From positions 8,822 to 72,821 of the forward strand of contig JAOACQ010000103.1 in NCBI GenBank assembly GCA_026417755.1: a stretch of DNA of 64,000 bases. Reading direction: 5' to 3'. Positions 9,176-18,842 of the stretch are shown here, piece after piece (the first letter of the stretch is position 1; each line of letters begins with the position of its first letter). This DNA comes from Brevinematales bacterium (lineage in GTDB: Bacteria; Spirochaetota; Brevinematia; Brevinematales; JAOACQ01). Below the pieces are notes generated by a model. It was not told the DNA's origin. It did no database searches and saw nothing but the letters and a program-made list of their open reading frames with translations. Position numbers and translations under genes: made by a program.

Positions 9176-10186
9176 TTATCCCTCTATTATAGATAAAAAA
9201 ATTCTTACTAATTCAGGATCAAACTGCTTTCCAGAATTAAAAATAAAGTCTTTTTTAATTGATTCAAAATCCTTAGGAGAAGAATAAAGAGTCCCATTCA
9301 ACATTCTATCATAAGCATTAGCAATACTTACAACCCTCGCAAAAAGAGGAATTTTTAACCCCTTAAGTCCTTCAGGATAGCCATCTCCATCAAATCTTTC
9401 GTGATGATAACTAACTATTTCAAGAACATGTGAATTGTTTGCAAGCATAGGTAAGAGAATCTTCCTGCCTATAAGAGGATGCCTCTTTATAATTTCATAT
9501 TCCATCTCCTCTAGTTTCCCATTTTTAAGCAAAATATTATCAGGTATACCAATTTTACCAATGTCATGAAGTGTAGCTCCCATAATCAAACTATCAAGTT
9601 CTTTCTTTGAAAACCCTGCTTTTTTACCCAACTTTTCTGCATATATTGCTACATTATGGGAATGTTCAAGAGTTTTAACATCACGAACCTCAAGTGTATT
9701 AAGTATAGCTTTTAAACTATCATAAAAAGAACTTTCAAGCTCCTTTTTTGCTTCTTTTACAGCTTTTTCAAGTGAAATAATATATTTTTTCTTCTCATAC
9801 AAAAGTCTAAGTTTATCAACAACTCTATTAATAGCAAAGAGTATTTCATCAACTGTAAAAGGTTTTAAAATATAATCATAGGCACCGTTTCTTATTGCCT
9901 CTTTCAAATTTTCAACACTCCCATAAGCAGAGATAACTATAATATGAGCTTCAGGATTATAATCTTTTATTTTTTTTATTAATTCAAGCCCTGTGATTTT
10001 TGGCATCATAATATCTGTAACCACAACATCTATCTCGTTTGTCTTATAGATTTCAAAAGCATCTTCTCCATTTTCGGCACTATAGAGCATATTGACAACT
10101 GGAGAGAGCTTCAAAATATCATTTAAAACCTTTAAAACAGAAATTTCATCCTCAACTATTAAAAAATTATATTTTTTCTTTTGCAT
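9176..10186 (-). CDS. Response regulator with HD-GYP domain (putative c-di-GMP phosphodiesterase, RpfG-like)
   Basis: 336 aa. REC domain (IVEDE, VVVTDIMMP, ISAYGS, ILKP) followed by HDIGKIGIP and HHERFDGDGYPEGL. Confidence 0.85.
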   Translation of the reverse strand: MQKKKYNFLIVEDEISVLKVLNDILKLSPVVNMLYSAENGEDAFEIYKTNEIDVVVTDIMMPKITGLELIKKIKDYNPEAHIIVISAYGSVENLKEAIRNGAYDYILKPFTVDEILFAINRVVDKLRLLYEKKKYIISLEKAVKEAKKELESSFYDSLKAILNTLEVRDVKTLEHSHNVAIYAEKLGKKAGFSKKELDSLIMGATLHDIGKIGIPDNILLKNGKLEEMEYEIIKRHPLIGRKILLPMLANNSHVLEIVSYHHERFDGDGYPEGLKGLKIPLFARVVSIANAYDRMLNGTLYSSPKDFESIKKDFIFNSGKQFDPELVRIFLSIIEG

Positions 10187-10195
10187 ACCATCCCT

Positions 10196-11014
10196 TCAGT
10201 TTATATTAAGATAAAACCAGGCTGTAGCATAATTTTTATCTATCCTCATAGCAATTTTAAGAAATTTTTCTGCAAGAGAGTTATACCCCAATTTACTTAG
10301 ACATTTCGATGTCTTAAATGCAAAGTTTGGAATATCTGAATACGTCTCCTGAGCTTTGAGATAATATTCCAAAGCCTCTTTATATTTTCCCTCTTCATAA
10401 TATATTTCTCCTATCTGAAAATAGGCAAGCGCATTAAAAAAATTATCAAGAGTTGTATTAACTATCTTTTCAAAAAATTCCTTCGCTTCTTTAAATTTTT
10501 TCTGATTCAAATACGACATCCCAATAAAATAAAGTGTATCAGAAGAAGAAAACTTATGATATGATAATTTCAAATCTTCTATAGCCTTATCATATTCTCC
10601 AATCTTATATTCGCAAATTCCTTTCATTTTATAAAAATATTCTTTAAACTCTACTGGGACATTACTTATAGCATTGAAAAATAAAAGTGTGTTTGAATAT
10701 TCATTTTTAGTTTTAGAATTCAGAAAAAGTAGATAAGCCAAACCAAAATTTTTATAATTAATAATATTTGTATGAATATCTTTCTCAACAAGATTACTTA
10801 ACTTATGAATAAAGTCTTTGTCCCCTTCAAGCGAGAGCCTTAAAACTATTCGATACTCCCTCTTCTGGTAATTGAAATTATTTTTATTTTTTATATTTTC
10901 AAGAATACTATAGGCTTTTAAAAAATCTCTTTTATCATAAGCCTCATCAAATCTATAATAAGATGAACAGGACACAAACCCTAAAAAAACAAAAAAATAT
11001 AAGAGTCTTACCAT
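10196..11014 (-). CDS. TPR-repeat lipoprotein
   Basis: 272 aa with lipobox GFVSC and TPR units (e.g. YFQIGEIYYEEGKYKEALEYYLKA). Confidence 0.7.
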   Translation of the reverse strand: MVRLLYFFVFLGFVSCSSYYRFDEAYDKRDFLKAYSILENIKNKNNFNYQKREYRIVLRLSLEGDKDFIHKLSNLVEKDIHTNIINYKNFGLAYLLFLNSKTKNEYSNTLLFFNAISNVPVEFKEYFYKMKGICEYKIGEYDKAIEDLKLSYHKFSSSDTLYFIGMSYLNQKKFKEAKEFFEKIVNTTLDNFFNALAYFQIGEIYYEEGKYKEALEYYLKAQETYSDIPNFAFKTSKCLSKLGYNSLAEKFLKIAMRIDKNYATAWFYLNIN

Positions 11015-11334
11015 ACCTCAAAAAAACCCTCTCCTTCTTTATATTTCAAGCCTTTCTCTTTAAGAAAAACCTTTATTTCTTCTGCTAAGACTGGTTTTAA
11101 AGTATTACTATGTCTACCTTTTCCTGTAATTATCTTAAGAATAACCTTCTCATTAAGAACTCTATTAACATTATATTCAATTATAGATATTGCTTCTTTC
11201 AAAGTTTTTCTATGCAAATCTATAACTATAAACTGTTTATTTTCTTTACTTTCTTTTATATTTTCAATTTTAACAGGTTTAACATTCTTCATAGCATTAA
11301 CAAAAATCTCTTCCGGATTCATCACACTCCTCAA
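11008..11334 (-). CDS. Smr-domain protein
   Basis: 108 aa containing IDLHRKTLKEA and ITGKGRHS, matching the Smr LDLHG / TGxGxHS motifs. Confidence 0.7.
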   Translation of the reverse strand: MRSVMNPEEIFVNAMKNVKPVKIENIKESKENKQFIVIDLHRKTLKEAISIIEYNVNRVLNEKVILKIITGKGRHSNTLKPVLAEEIKVFLKEKGLKYKEGEGFFEVW

Positions 11335-12365
11335 TTAAGATAATAGCAGGAAACAGTTCCAGGAAACAAAAAGAAGTTTAACTTCCTATCTACTTTCAAA
11401 ACTCCACCACCTGTTAAAGAAAAATAAACCCCATTCTTTTTATCAAAATTATTATCTATATCAAATGCAGAAAAATTGTCATAAAGATTAATAACAAATA
11501 CTTTATTCCCACTACTAAAAATCATAATTTTATCAGAGAAATATATCCTTTTAAAATTATCTTTCTCTAAAAAATCAATCATCTCTATTATTACAGGATT
11601 AAGTAACTTATAATTAACAAGAATTTTTTCTTTTTTAATAATCATATAACATATTGCAGAAATATTATTGATAGAAAATTCATCACTTTCAATTAAATTA
11701 ATCTCCCCCGCTAAATTAAAATTATCAATCCCCTTAAAATCAGCCTCAGGAAATAAGAAAAATTTCCTTCTTAAATCCCAGTAATAACTGGCACACACAC
11801 TTTTACCCTTTACTCTTGATAATTTATTATTTACAAAAAAAATCGAATTTTCAAGCTCATTAGCAAAGCTCTGAACAATATCTTCAACTTCCTTATCCTG
11901 AAAAGTAGAGAGATCAAGTGAGATTTTATAACCTTTAGAATTAATGATTGACAAATAACCCTTTATCTTGTTTTTCGTAATGGGAGAAGAATAATTCAGA
12001 ACATAGTTAAAGGAATACTTTGTACTCTCTTTTTTAAAGTCATTTAGGTTCCATAATCTTCTACTAAAATACTTTGGTTGATTAAATAAAGATAGATAAA
12101 TGTAAGAATTTATACCTTTCTGGCTTAAAAAAGAAGATATTTCTTTAACTGAAATATTCTCATACTCAAAATCGTATATACCACCTTCCTTTGTAGTTCT
12201 GAAAGGATTATCAAGTATTACAAAATCTATTTTAACACCTTTTGCTTCCATTGATTGAACTATATTGGTAATCTTAGAAAAATCAGCTCCCCTGAAATCA
12301 ATAGCAATAGAAAAAGAAAATTTAAACCCTGCCAGAAGTAAAAAGAAATAAAAAAACCTTTTCAT
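11331..12365 (-). CDS. Secreted protein of unknown function
   Basis: 344-aa ORF with a signal peptide. 4-nt overlaps/gaps on both sides. I recognise no diagnostic motif. Confidence 0.5.
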   Translation of the reverse strand: MKRFFYFFLLLAGFKFSFSIAIDFRGADFSKITNIVQSMEAKGVKIDFVILDNPFRTTKEGGIYDFEYENISVKEISSFLSQKGINSYIYLSLFNQPKYFSRRLWNLNDFKKESTKYSFNYVLNYSSPITKNKIKGYLSIINSKGYKISLDLSTFQDKEVEDIVQSFANELENSIFFVNNKLSRVKGKSVCASYYWDLRRKFFLFPEADFKGIDNFNLAGEINLIESDEFSINNISAICYMIIKKEKILVNYKLLNPVIIEMIDFLEKDNFKRIYFSDKIMIFSSGNKVFVINLYDNFSAFDIDNNFDKKNGVYFSLTGGGVLKVDRKLNFFLFPGTVSCYYLN

Positions 12366-12369
12366 AAGA

Positions 12370-13329
12370 CTAATCCTTTAAGCTGGTAAAAGCAAGAGCC
12401 GCAGAACCAAGAATACCCGCATCATTACCCATCTCTGCAAGTTTTATTTCAAACACCTGATAAGCAAAAGGAATAGCATAAAGCGAAGTATAAAACTTTA
12501 CCTTCTCAAGCAAAAATTCTTTAGCCCCCGACACCCCACCACCTATTATACAACATTCGGGGTTTAATATATTAACAATATTAGCTATACCAAGCCCAAG
12601 ATATCTACACATTTCTTCAAATATCTCAAGAGAAATCTTATCTCCACCTTTTGCTTCTTCAACTATCACTTTAGCATTTATGTTATCAGGATAATATTTA
12701 ATGAGAGTTGTCTTTACACCTTTTCTCACAAGAGATTTTGCTCTTTTAATGATAGATGAAGCAGAAGCAAAAGCCTCCCAGCACCCATAATTTCCACAAC
12801 CGCAAGGTCTTCCGTCCAGATCAATAAGCATATGCCCCACCTCACCCGCACAACCATTCTTACCATGGTATATTTTTCCGTTAATAAAAATCCCGGCCCC
12901 TATACCCGTCCCAACGGTAATAACCACAAAATTACTCATTCCTTTACCAGCACCAAACAAAAACTCTCCAGTAGCTGCATTATTAGCATCATTATCAACA
13001 AAAACTGGCACTTTAAATTCTTCTTTAAGTTCTTTAGCCATTGGATAATTCTCAAAAACCCTTATATTTGAAAAAATATTAATATTACCCTTATCGTCTG
13101 CTATACCCGGAACCCCAACACCAATAGCTTTGATTTTCTTATCCTTGTTTTTAAGCATAAGATTACTTATAGAATCTTTAATATTTTGCATAACAACCAA
13201 AGAGGAATTTGCTTCAACTCCTGTTGGAATCTGAAGAGAGTCAACTATATCCCCCTTCTCATTAACAATCCCTGCCTTAATAAAAGTTCCTCCAAGATCA
13301 ACACCAATGCAAAAACTCATTTGTACCAC
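12370..13329 (-). CDS. ROK-family glucokinase
   Basis: 319 aa. N-terminal DLGGT, the ROK signature, and the zinc motif GHMLIDLDGRPCGCGNYGCWE. Confidence 0.85.
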   Translation of the reverse strand: MVQMSFCIGVDLGGTFIKAGIVNEKGDIVDSLQIPTGVEANSSLVVMQNIKDSISNLMLKNKDKKIKAIGVGVPGIADDKGNINIFSNIRVFENYPMAKELKEEFKVPVFVDNDANNAATGEFLFGAGKGMSNFVVITVGTGIGAGIFINGKIYHGKNGCAGEVGHMLIDLDGRPCGCGNYGCWEAFASASSIIKRAKSLVRKGVKTTLIKYYPDNINAKVIVEEAKGGDKISLEIFEEMCRYLGLGIANIVNILNPECCIIGGGVSGAKEFLLEKVKFYTSLYAIPFAYQVFEIKLAEMGNDAGILGSAALAFTSLKD

Positions 13330-13335
13330 TCCTTT

Positions 13336-13758
13336 TTATTTAAGAATTTGTCCTATTCTTTCTATTACCTTTTCCCTATCAATTGGCTTTACAATATAGC
13401 CTTTTGCACCAAGTTTTATAGCTTCTTTCACAGATTCAACCGTACCAAGAGCTGTTATCATCACCACTGTAACGTTTGGATCAAGTGCCTTTATAGCCTT
13501 AAGTGTCTCAATCCCATCCATTTCTGGCATTGTGATATCAAGCGTTACAAGGTCTATCTGCCCCTTCATAGACTTAAACAACTCAAGCCCAGCTTTACCA
13601 TTCTCAGCCGTCCCTGCAATCTCAAAATCCCTCGACATAAAGATTTGTGTCAGATGCTTTATAACAAATTGTGAATCATCAACTATCAATACTCTTACAT
13701 GTCCCCCCTCAACCTTTCTACCTGTAGGAAGACCATTTTCATCAAAAATTATAGCCAT
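13336..13758 (-). CDS. cheY: Chemotaxis response regulator CheY
   Basis: 140-aa single REC domain (LIVDDS, LDITMPEMDG, ITALG, IVKP) in a che operon. Confidence 0.85.
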   Translation of the reverse strand: MAIIFDENGLPTGRKVEGGHVRVLIVDDSQFVIKHLTQIFMSRDFEIAGTAENGKAGLELFKSMKGQIDLVTLDITMPEMDGIETLKAIKALDPNVTVVMITALGTVESVKEAIKLGAKGYIVKPIDREKVIERIGQILK

Positions 13759-13769
13759 ACATTCCTCCT

Positions 13770-14234
13770 TTAATTTTCTTTAAAGGCAACATTGATTTCT
13801 ACAATTCCAAGTCCTGTATCTATAGGAATTATTAAAGCCTCCATATCAGAAAATTCATAAATATGAATATTTTCTCCTGTTATTATAGTAGGTGGAGTAA
13901 AATTGAACGATAGATTTTCTTTTTCAAGTCTAGTTACAGACCTACCTGTTACCATATTTGCGAGTTCCCCTATAGTGCTTCTGACCATATCATCAAATTT
14001 TGAGAACTTTTCCCCATTCATTTTAGAGGCAATATTCAAAGCTGTATCCTCTGTCATATCAAAAACAATCCTCCCACTAACATTACCTGTAACACCTATG
14101 ACAACAGCAACCCCCTTCATTGAATCCCCAAGTTTCTTAAGGTAAAGCTCATTCCTTTTGACATTTGTTTTTAAAACTTCATTGAGAATATCAAAAGCAG
14201 CTTCGATAAAAGGATTGATATATTCTATCCTCAT
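13770..14234 (-). CDS. cheX: CheY-P phosphatase CheX (CheC/CheX family)
   Basis: 154 aa. INPFIEAAFDIL N-terminus, TIGELANMVTGR (E-x2-N motif) and FTPPTIITG match my recollection of the Thermotoga/Borrelia CheX layout. Confidence 0.7.
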   Translation of the reverse strand: MRIEYINPFIEAAFDILNEVLKTNVKRNELYLKKLGDSMKGVAVVIGVTGNVSGRIVFDMTEDTALNIASKMNGEKFSKFDDMVRSTIGELANMVTGRSVTRLEKENLSFNFTPPTIITGENIHIYEFSDMEALIIPIDTGLGIVEINVAFKEN

Positions 14235-14770
14235 TTTACCTCCTTATATTTACTTTCCTGCTTTATAACAGAAATATAATCAAGAATACCAGATAAAGAT
14301 AAAGTAAAAATCTCTCTCTCATCTTCTAGGATTATTCCTTCAAATAGATAATTCTTAACCCATTTGTTTATAACATCCTGATTTCTATATTTTTCATCAG
14401 TTACTGAAACATTTTTATATATACCATCAACAACAAGCCCAAAAACATCTTTCTTATCTTTGAGAATTAATATTAGCTTTTCTTCATCAAAAATCTTATT
14501 TGTATGCTTAATCTCATCATTTTCTTCTAAAATTGACTTTAAACTAAAAACAGGAACAATATTTCCCCTCAGGTTTATAACTCCAAGAAGCTCTTTTGCT
14601 GTATTCGGGACTCTATATATAGTTTTAAAAAATATTATCTCCTGAAGATAATTTATATTAATTGCAAAAAAACTTTTATCCAGTTTAAATATTATAGCAT
14701 TAAAAAGAATATTTCGCTTAACTTTTTCTTCTTCTTTTTCAACTCTTTTATTTAATATTTCCTTTTCCAA
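14231..14770 (-). CDS. cheW: Chemotaxis coupling protein CheW
   Basis: 179 aa with CheW-like blocks (FAININYLQEI, VPNTAKELLGVINLRGNIVPVF, GLVVDGI). Confidence 0.8.
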   Translation of the reverse strand: MEKEILNKRVEKEEEKVKRNILFNAIIFKLDKSFFAININYLQEIIFFKTIYRVPNTAKELLGVINLRGNIVPVFSLKSILEENDEIKHTNKIFDEEKLILILKDKKDVFGLVVDGIYKNVSVTDEKYRNQDVINKWVKNYLFEGIILEDEREIFTLSLSGILDYISVIKQESKYKEVK

Positions 14771-14784
14771 CTTTCTCTCCTTTT

Positions 14785-16935
14785 TTATTCTGAATGAGTA
14801 ATAACCCTTTCAACATCTATTATAAAAGCAATATCTCCATTGCCTATTATAGTAGCAGCAGAAATACCATAAGTTTTAACCAGTCTATTGTTTAGTGGTT
14901 TAATAACTATATCTTGCTCCCCAATCACATTATTAACTATAAGCCCAAAATTTTTATCCTTTGATTTTACAACAATACAATAATTTTTTTCAATTTCCTC
15001 GATAGAAATTTTTTTGTGATAGAAAAATTCTTCGAGGAAAATCACAGGAACAAGATTTTCTCTTAAAAATATCATTTTCTTTCCATTGATATCCTTGAAA
15101 TCATTCTTTGAAACCACTATGGTTTCTTCTATAGAAGCAATAGGAACAAAATAATGAATCTCATTAACAACCACAAGTAGCCCTTGAATAATAGCTAATG
15201 TCAATGGGAGTCTTACAACTATTCTAGAACCTTTATTTTTAGCAGTATAGAAACCTACATTCCCACCCATTTCTTCAATCTTCTTCTTTACCACATCCAT
15301 GCCGACTCCTCTACCTGATATTTCTGTAACCTGCTTTGCAGTAGAAAATCCAGGTAAAAAGATGAGGGCAAGAAGCTCTTTTTGAGTCATTTTTTCCACA
15401 ACTTCTCTAGGAAATATTCTACTATCTATAGCTTTTTTTCTCAAGGCATCAAAATCAACCCCTCTTCCGTCATCCATCGCCTCAATTACTATACTATCAC
15501 CTTCATGATATGCTTTAAGCACAATCCTTCCTTTTGCTGGTTTACCGAGTTTAAGCCTTTCTTCCGTTGGCTCTATACCATGATCAAGAGAATTTCTGAT
15601 AATGTGGATCAAAGGATCAAAAATATCATCAACCATACTTTTATCTATCTCTGTTTCAACCCCTTCTATAAGAAGTTCAACATCTTTCTTCATCTTTTCT
15701 GCCATATCCCTCACAAGTCTTGGAAATCTCGAAAAGACTGTCTGGATAGGAACCATTCGCAAATTCATAACATTTTCCTGTAGTGAAGAAGAAATCCTTG
15801 ATAACTTCTGGACAGTCTCCCTATAATCATCAAAAACCTGAAACATTTCAATGAATGAATCAAGCAAAATTGCATTTTTTTCTAATTTTATTTTTTCATC
15901 ATTATCAAGATTAAGTTTTAAGACTCCACTCAAGAATGGTTTAAGAATATTTTTTAAAACTACCTCGGCCTTTCCCATCTTATCATAGATCTGAGATAAA
16001 GAAGCCTTTGTAATAACAAGTTCCCCCATAAGATTTAATAGCTCATCAACCTTCCAGCTTTCTACTCTTATAGTTGATGTTGCCCTCTTTGTTTCTTCAA
16101 CATCTTTTTGTTCCTTTTGGGGTGAACTATCAAGCGGTTTTTGAAGATTACTAACTGAAAAACCATCTAACATTTCTTTTGTCAGGAGCAAAATATCAAT
16201 TTTATTAAGCATTTCTGTTAAAAAAGTCTTATCCATTATTTCTTTTTCAGATTTTTCAGTGGCAAAAACAAAACATACCTCTTTAGCAAAAACACTTTCT
16301 AAATAGTTAAGAGTTGGTTCCATTTTGATAATCTCACCAATATCATTTAAGAGAGCATAAACCTGAAATGGTGCAACATCCTTCATTTCATATTGTTCGT
16401 TAAAGTCATAGCAAAGGACATAGACTTTTTTACCTTTTTCAATTAATTCATGAATATTTTCTATTTCAAAATTTGTAAGTTTTGACTTAATAAGTTCTGT
16501 CGATAGCTTACTAGTCTTCGTAGAAGAAGAAACCATCCCCGAAGGTGATTTTTCTCCTTTTAAATACTTAAAAAACTCAATAAGTTTTAGCTGCCTATCC
16601 GAGGAATATACATTTCCTTTTTCTCTTTCAACCAGCATTTTTTCTATTTCATCTTTAGCCTCTAAAAAATTTGAGATATATTCAGATGTAATAGCTAAGT
16701 TCTTTTTTCTCACCATATCCATAACATCTTCAAAAAGATGGGTAAAATCCTTAATTTCACTAAAACCAACCGTAGCCGCACCACCCTTAATAGTATGAAC
16801 ACTTCTAAAAATTTCATTGATAGACTTTTGATTTTCTGGTTCTTTCTCCAAAACCAATAGACTTTCCTCAAGAGAAGAAACAAGCTCAAAAGCCTCTGAC
16901 AAAAAATCTTTTACTAATTCTTCGGATAAATCCAT
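14785..16935 (-). CDS. cheA: Chemotaxis histidine kinase CheA
   Basis: HPt site SVHTIKGGAATVGF, dimerisation domain, HATPase blocks (IIRNSLDHGIE, DDGRGVD, GRGVGMDVV) and a C-terminal CheW-like domain. I prefer the ATG at 16935 (GGGG 6 nt upstream). The track's TTG at 16947 is the alternative. Confidence 0.9.
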   Translation of the reverse strand: MDLSEELVKDFLSEAFELVSSLEESLLVLEKEPENQKSINEIFRSVHTIKGGAATVGFSEIKDFTHLFEDVMDMVRKKNLAITSEYISNFLEAKDEIEKMLVEREKGNVYSSDRQLKLIEFFKYLKGEKSPSGMVSSSTKTSKLSTELIKSKLTNFEIENIHELIEKGKKVYVLCYDFNEQYEMKDVAPFQVYALLNDIGEIIKMEPTLNYLESVFAKEVCFVFATEKSEKEIMDKTFLTEMLNKIDILLLTKEMLDGFSVSNLQKPLDSSPQKEQKDVEETKRATSTIRVESWKVDELLNLMGELVITKASLSQIYDKMGKAEVVLKNILKPFLSGVLKLNLDNDEKIKLEKNAILLDSFIEMFQVFDDYRETVQKLSRISSSLQENVMNLRMVPIQTVFSRFPRLVRDMAEKMKKDVELLIEGVETEIDKSMVDDIFDPLIHIIRNSLDHGIEPTEERLKLGKPAKGRIVLKAYHEGDSIVIEAMDDGRGVDFDALRKKAIDSRIFPREVVEKMTQKELLALIFLPGFSTAKQVTEISGRGVGMDVVKKKIEEMGGNVGFYTAKNKGSRIVVRLPLTLAIIQGLLVVVNEIHYFVPIASIEETIVVSKNDFKDINGKKMIFLRENLVPVIFLEEFFYHKKISIEEIEKNYCIVVKSKDKNFGLIVNNVIGEQDIVIKPLNNRLVKTYGISAATIIGNGDIAFIIDVERVITHSE

Positions 16936-16947
16936 AAATAACCCCAA

Positions 16948-18036
16948 TTATTTAAAAAATCTATTTATAGCAAGTCCAATCTCTTCAACGTTCAAGACGA
17001 CATCAACCCCACCCATTTTTACTGCATTACCCGGCATACCCCAGACAGCTGACGATAACTCATCTTGTGCGATCACAAAGGCTCCTGCCTTTTTAAGGCT
17101 AACACATTCTGCTGCTCCATCCTTACCCATTCCAGTTAATATAATTGCAAGAATATCAGTTGACACATACTGTCTTATCGACTTAAAGAATATATCTACT
17201 GAAGGTTTGAAAAAAAAACCTTCATATTCATTATTATCTTCTTTAAAAACAATAGAATTATCAATCTTCACAAGTTTTGCGTGCTTTCCACCAGGACATA
17301 TATATATAACTCCAGCCTCAAGTTTATCTTCATTATTTAACTCTTTCACCATTCTGTTAAAAGAATGTTCAAGATTCTTTGCAAACTCAAGTGTAAAACC
17401 GGGTGGCATATGTTGAGCAATCACAAGAGGAACTGGTAAATTATCAAGATCCTTTATAATTCTTCTTAAAGCTACAGGTCCACCCGTAGAACTTCCTATA
17501 GCTACAAGCTCCGGCTTCACTCTTTTATTCTCAAAAACCCTATCAAACTCATTCAAACCAACAGCATAATCCTTTTTAGTCTCAATTTTTTCTATTTTTG
17601 ATTCGCTTAAAACATCTTTTCTCGATAATAATCCATTAATCTTATAGTTAAATTCATTTTTTAAATAATTTATATTATCCTGAATATTTCCATCAGGTTT
17701 TTTTATTAACTCACTTGCCCCATAAGTTAAAGCATCAAAAACTGCAGAAGAACCTTCCTCAAGCAATGAACTAAACATTATAACTTTTGGAATTTTAGGA
17801 GGAGGATTTGTCTTAATGTATTTAAGAAAATCTATTCCATTCATTTCCGGCATTTCGATATCCAATACAACTACATCAGGAGAATAAAGCAACATCTTTT
17901 GTAACCCTATTTTACCATCTGAAGCTGTCGCAACCACTTCCATTCCAATATCAGAAAGAATCTGTGAAAGATACTTTCTTACTAATACTGAATCATCTAC
18001 AATCATAACCCTGGTTTTATCTTCAGTCTTTAACAT
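16948..18036 (-). CDS. cheB: Protein-glutamate methylesterase CheB (REC + CheB_methylest)
   Basis: REC (MIVDDS, LDIEMPEMNG) plus the esterase domain (GSSTGGP, QHMPPGFT, GMGKDGA). The start is probably the ATG at 18036 (GGAG upstream), with 18048 as the alternative. It overlaps the cheR 3' end. Confidence 0.9.
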   Translation of the reverse strand: MLKTEDKTRVMIVDDSVLVRKYLSQILSDIGMEVVATASDGKIGLQKMLLYSPDVVVLDIEMPEMNGIDFLKYIKTNPPPKIPKVIMFSSLLEEGSSAVFDALTYGASELIKKPDGNIQDNINYLKNEFNYKINGLLSRKDVLSESKIEKIETKKDYAVGLNEFDRVFENKRVKPELVAIGSSTGGPVALRRIIKDLDNLPVPLVIAQHMPPGFTLEFAKNLEHSFNRMVKELNNEDKLEAGVIYICPGGKHAKLVKIDNSIVFKEDNNEYEGFFFKPSVDIFFKSIRQYVSTDILAIILTGMGKDGAAECVSLKKAGAFVIAQDELSSAVWGMPGNAVKMGGVDVVLNVEEIGLAINRFFK

Positions 18037-18832
18037 AAGCCACTCCATTGTTCAAAGTTACTGGTTTAAATTTTTCATAAATACCAAATAAACTTTCTGA
18101 GTGACCTAATAATAAATAAGCATTTTTTTTAGTTGATATATAAAAATTCTCAAGTACTTTTCTCTGCACATCCTCATCAAAATAAATTATCACATTTCTA
18201 CAAAACACACAATCAATATCCCTTATTCCATTATCATATATCAAATTATGCAGGTCAAATTTAATCTTTTTCTTTAAAAAATCTTTTATTATAAAAATAT
18301 CATTAGATACAGAATCAAAATATTTTTGCAGGTAAATATTACTTACCTTTGTAACACTTTTACCAGAATATTTACCCTCCTTAGCAATAAAAAGACTCTC
18401 AAGACTTATATCTGAGGCAACAATTTCAAAATCAAAACCCTTATTGAAAAACCCATTTTTCTCCATATATTCATAAGTCACCATCGCTATTGTATATGGT
18501 TCCTCACCAGTTGAACAACCCGCACTCCAGATTTTAATTTTTTTATCAGAATTTTTAATGATTTCTGGTAAAATTTCGTTTTCATACATTTCAAATTGTC
18601 TTTCATTTCTGAAAAAACTCGTAAAATTAGTGGTAACAAAATCAACAAACGAATTAAGTTCATTTTTGTCAGTAGTTAATAATTCATAATACTTATCTAT
18701 TGGTAGTTTTTTTTCTTTTATCTTTGCATCAAGCCTGCTTTTAAGAACTGAAATATTGGATTCTTTAAAAACAATACCACAAGTCTTATAAACTATTTCT
18801 GCAATATTATTAATAATATTTACCTCATCCAC
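18023..18832 (-). CDS. cheR: Chemotaxis protein methyltransferase CheR
   Basis: 269 aa containing TNFTSFFRN, IWSAGCSTGEEPYT and FCRNVIIYFD. GTG start with AAGGGG SD. Confidence 0.9.
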   Translation of the reverse strand: MDEVNIINNIAEIVYKTCGIVFKESNISVLKSRLDAKIKEKKLPIDKYYELLTTDKNELNSFVDFVTTNFTSFFRNERQFEMYENEILPEIIKNSDKKIKIWSAGCSTGEEPYTIAMVTYEYMEKNGFFNKGFDFEIVASDISLESLFIAKEGKYSGKSVTKVSNIYLQKYFDSVSNDIFIIKDFLKKKIKFDLHNLIYDNGIRDIDCVFCRNVIIYFDEDVQRKVLENFYISTKKNAYLLLGHSESLFGIYEKFKPVTLNNGVAYVKD

Positions 18833-18842
18833 AAAGGCCCCT

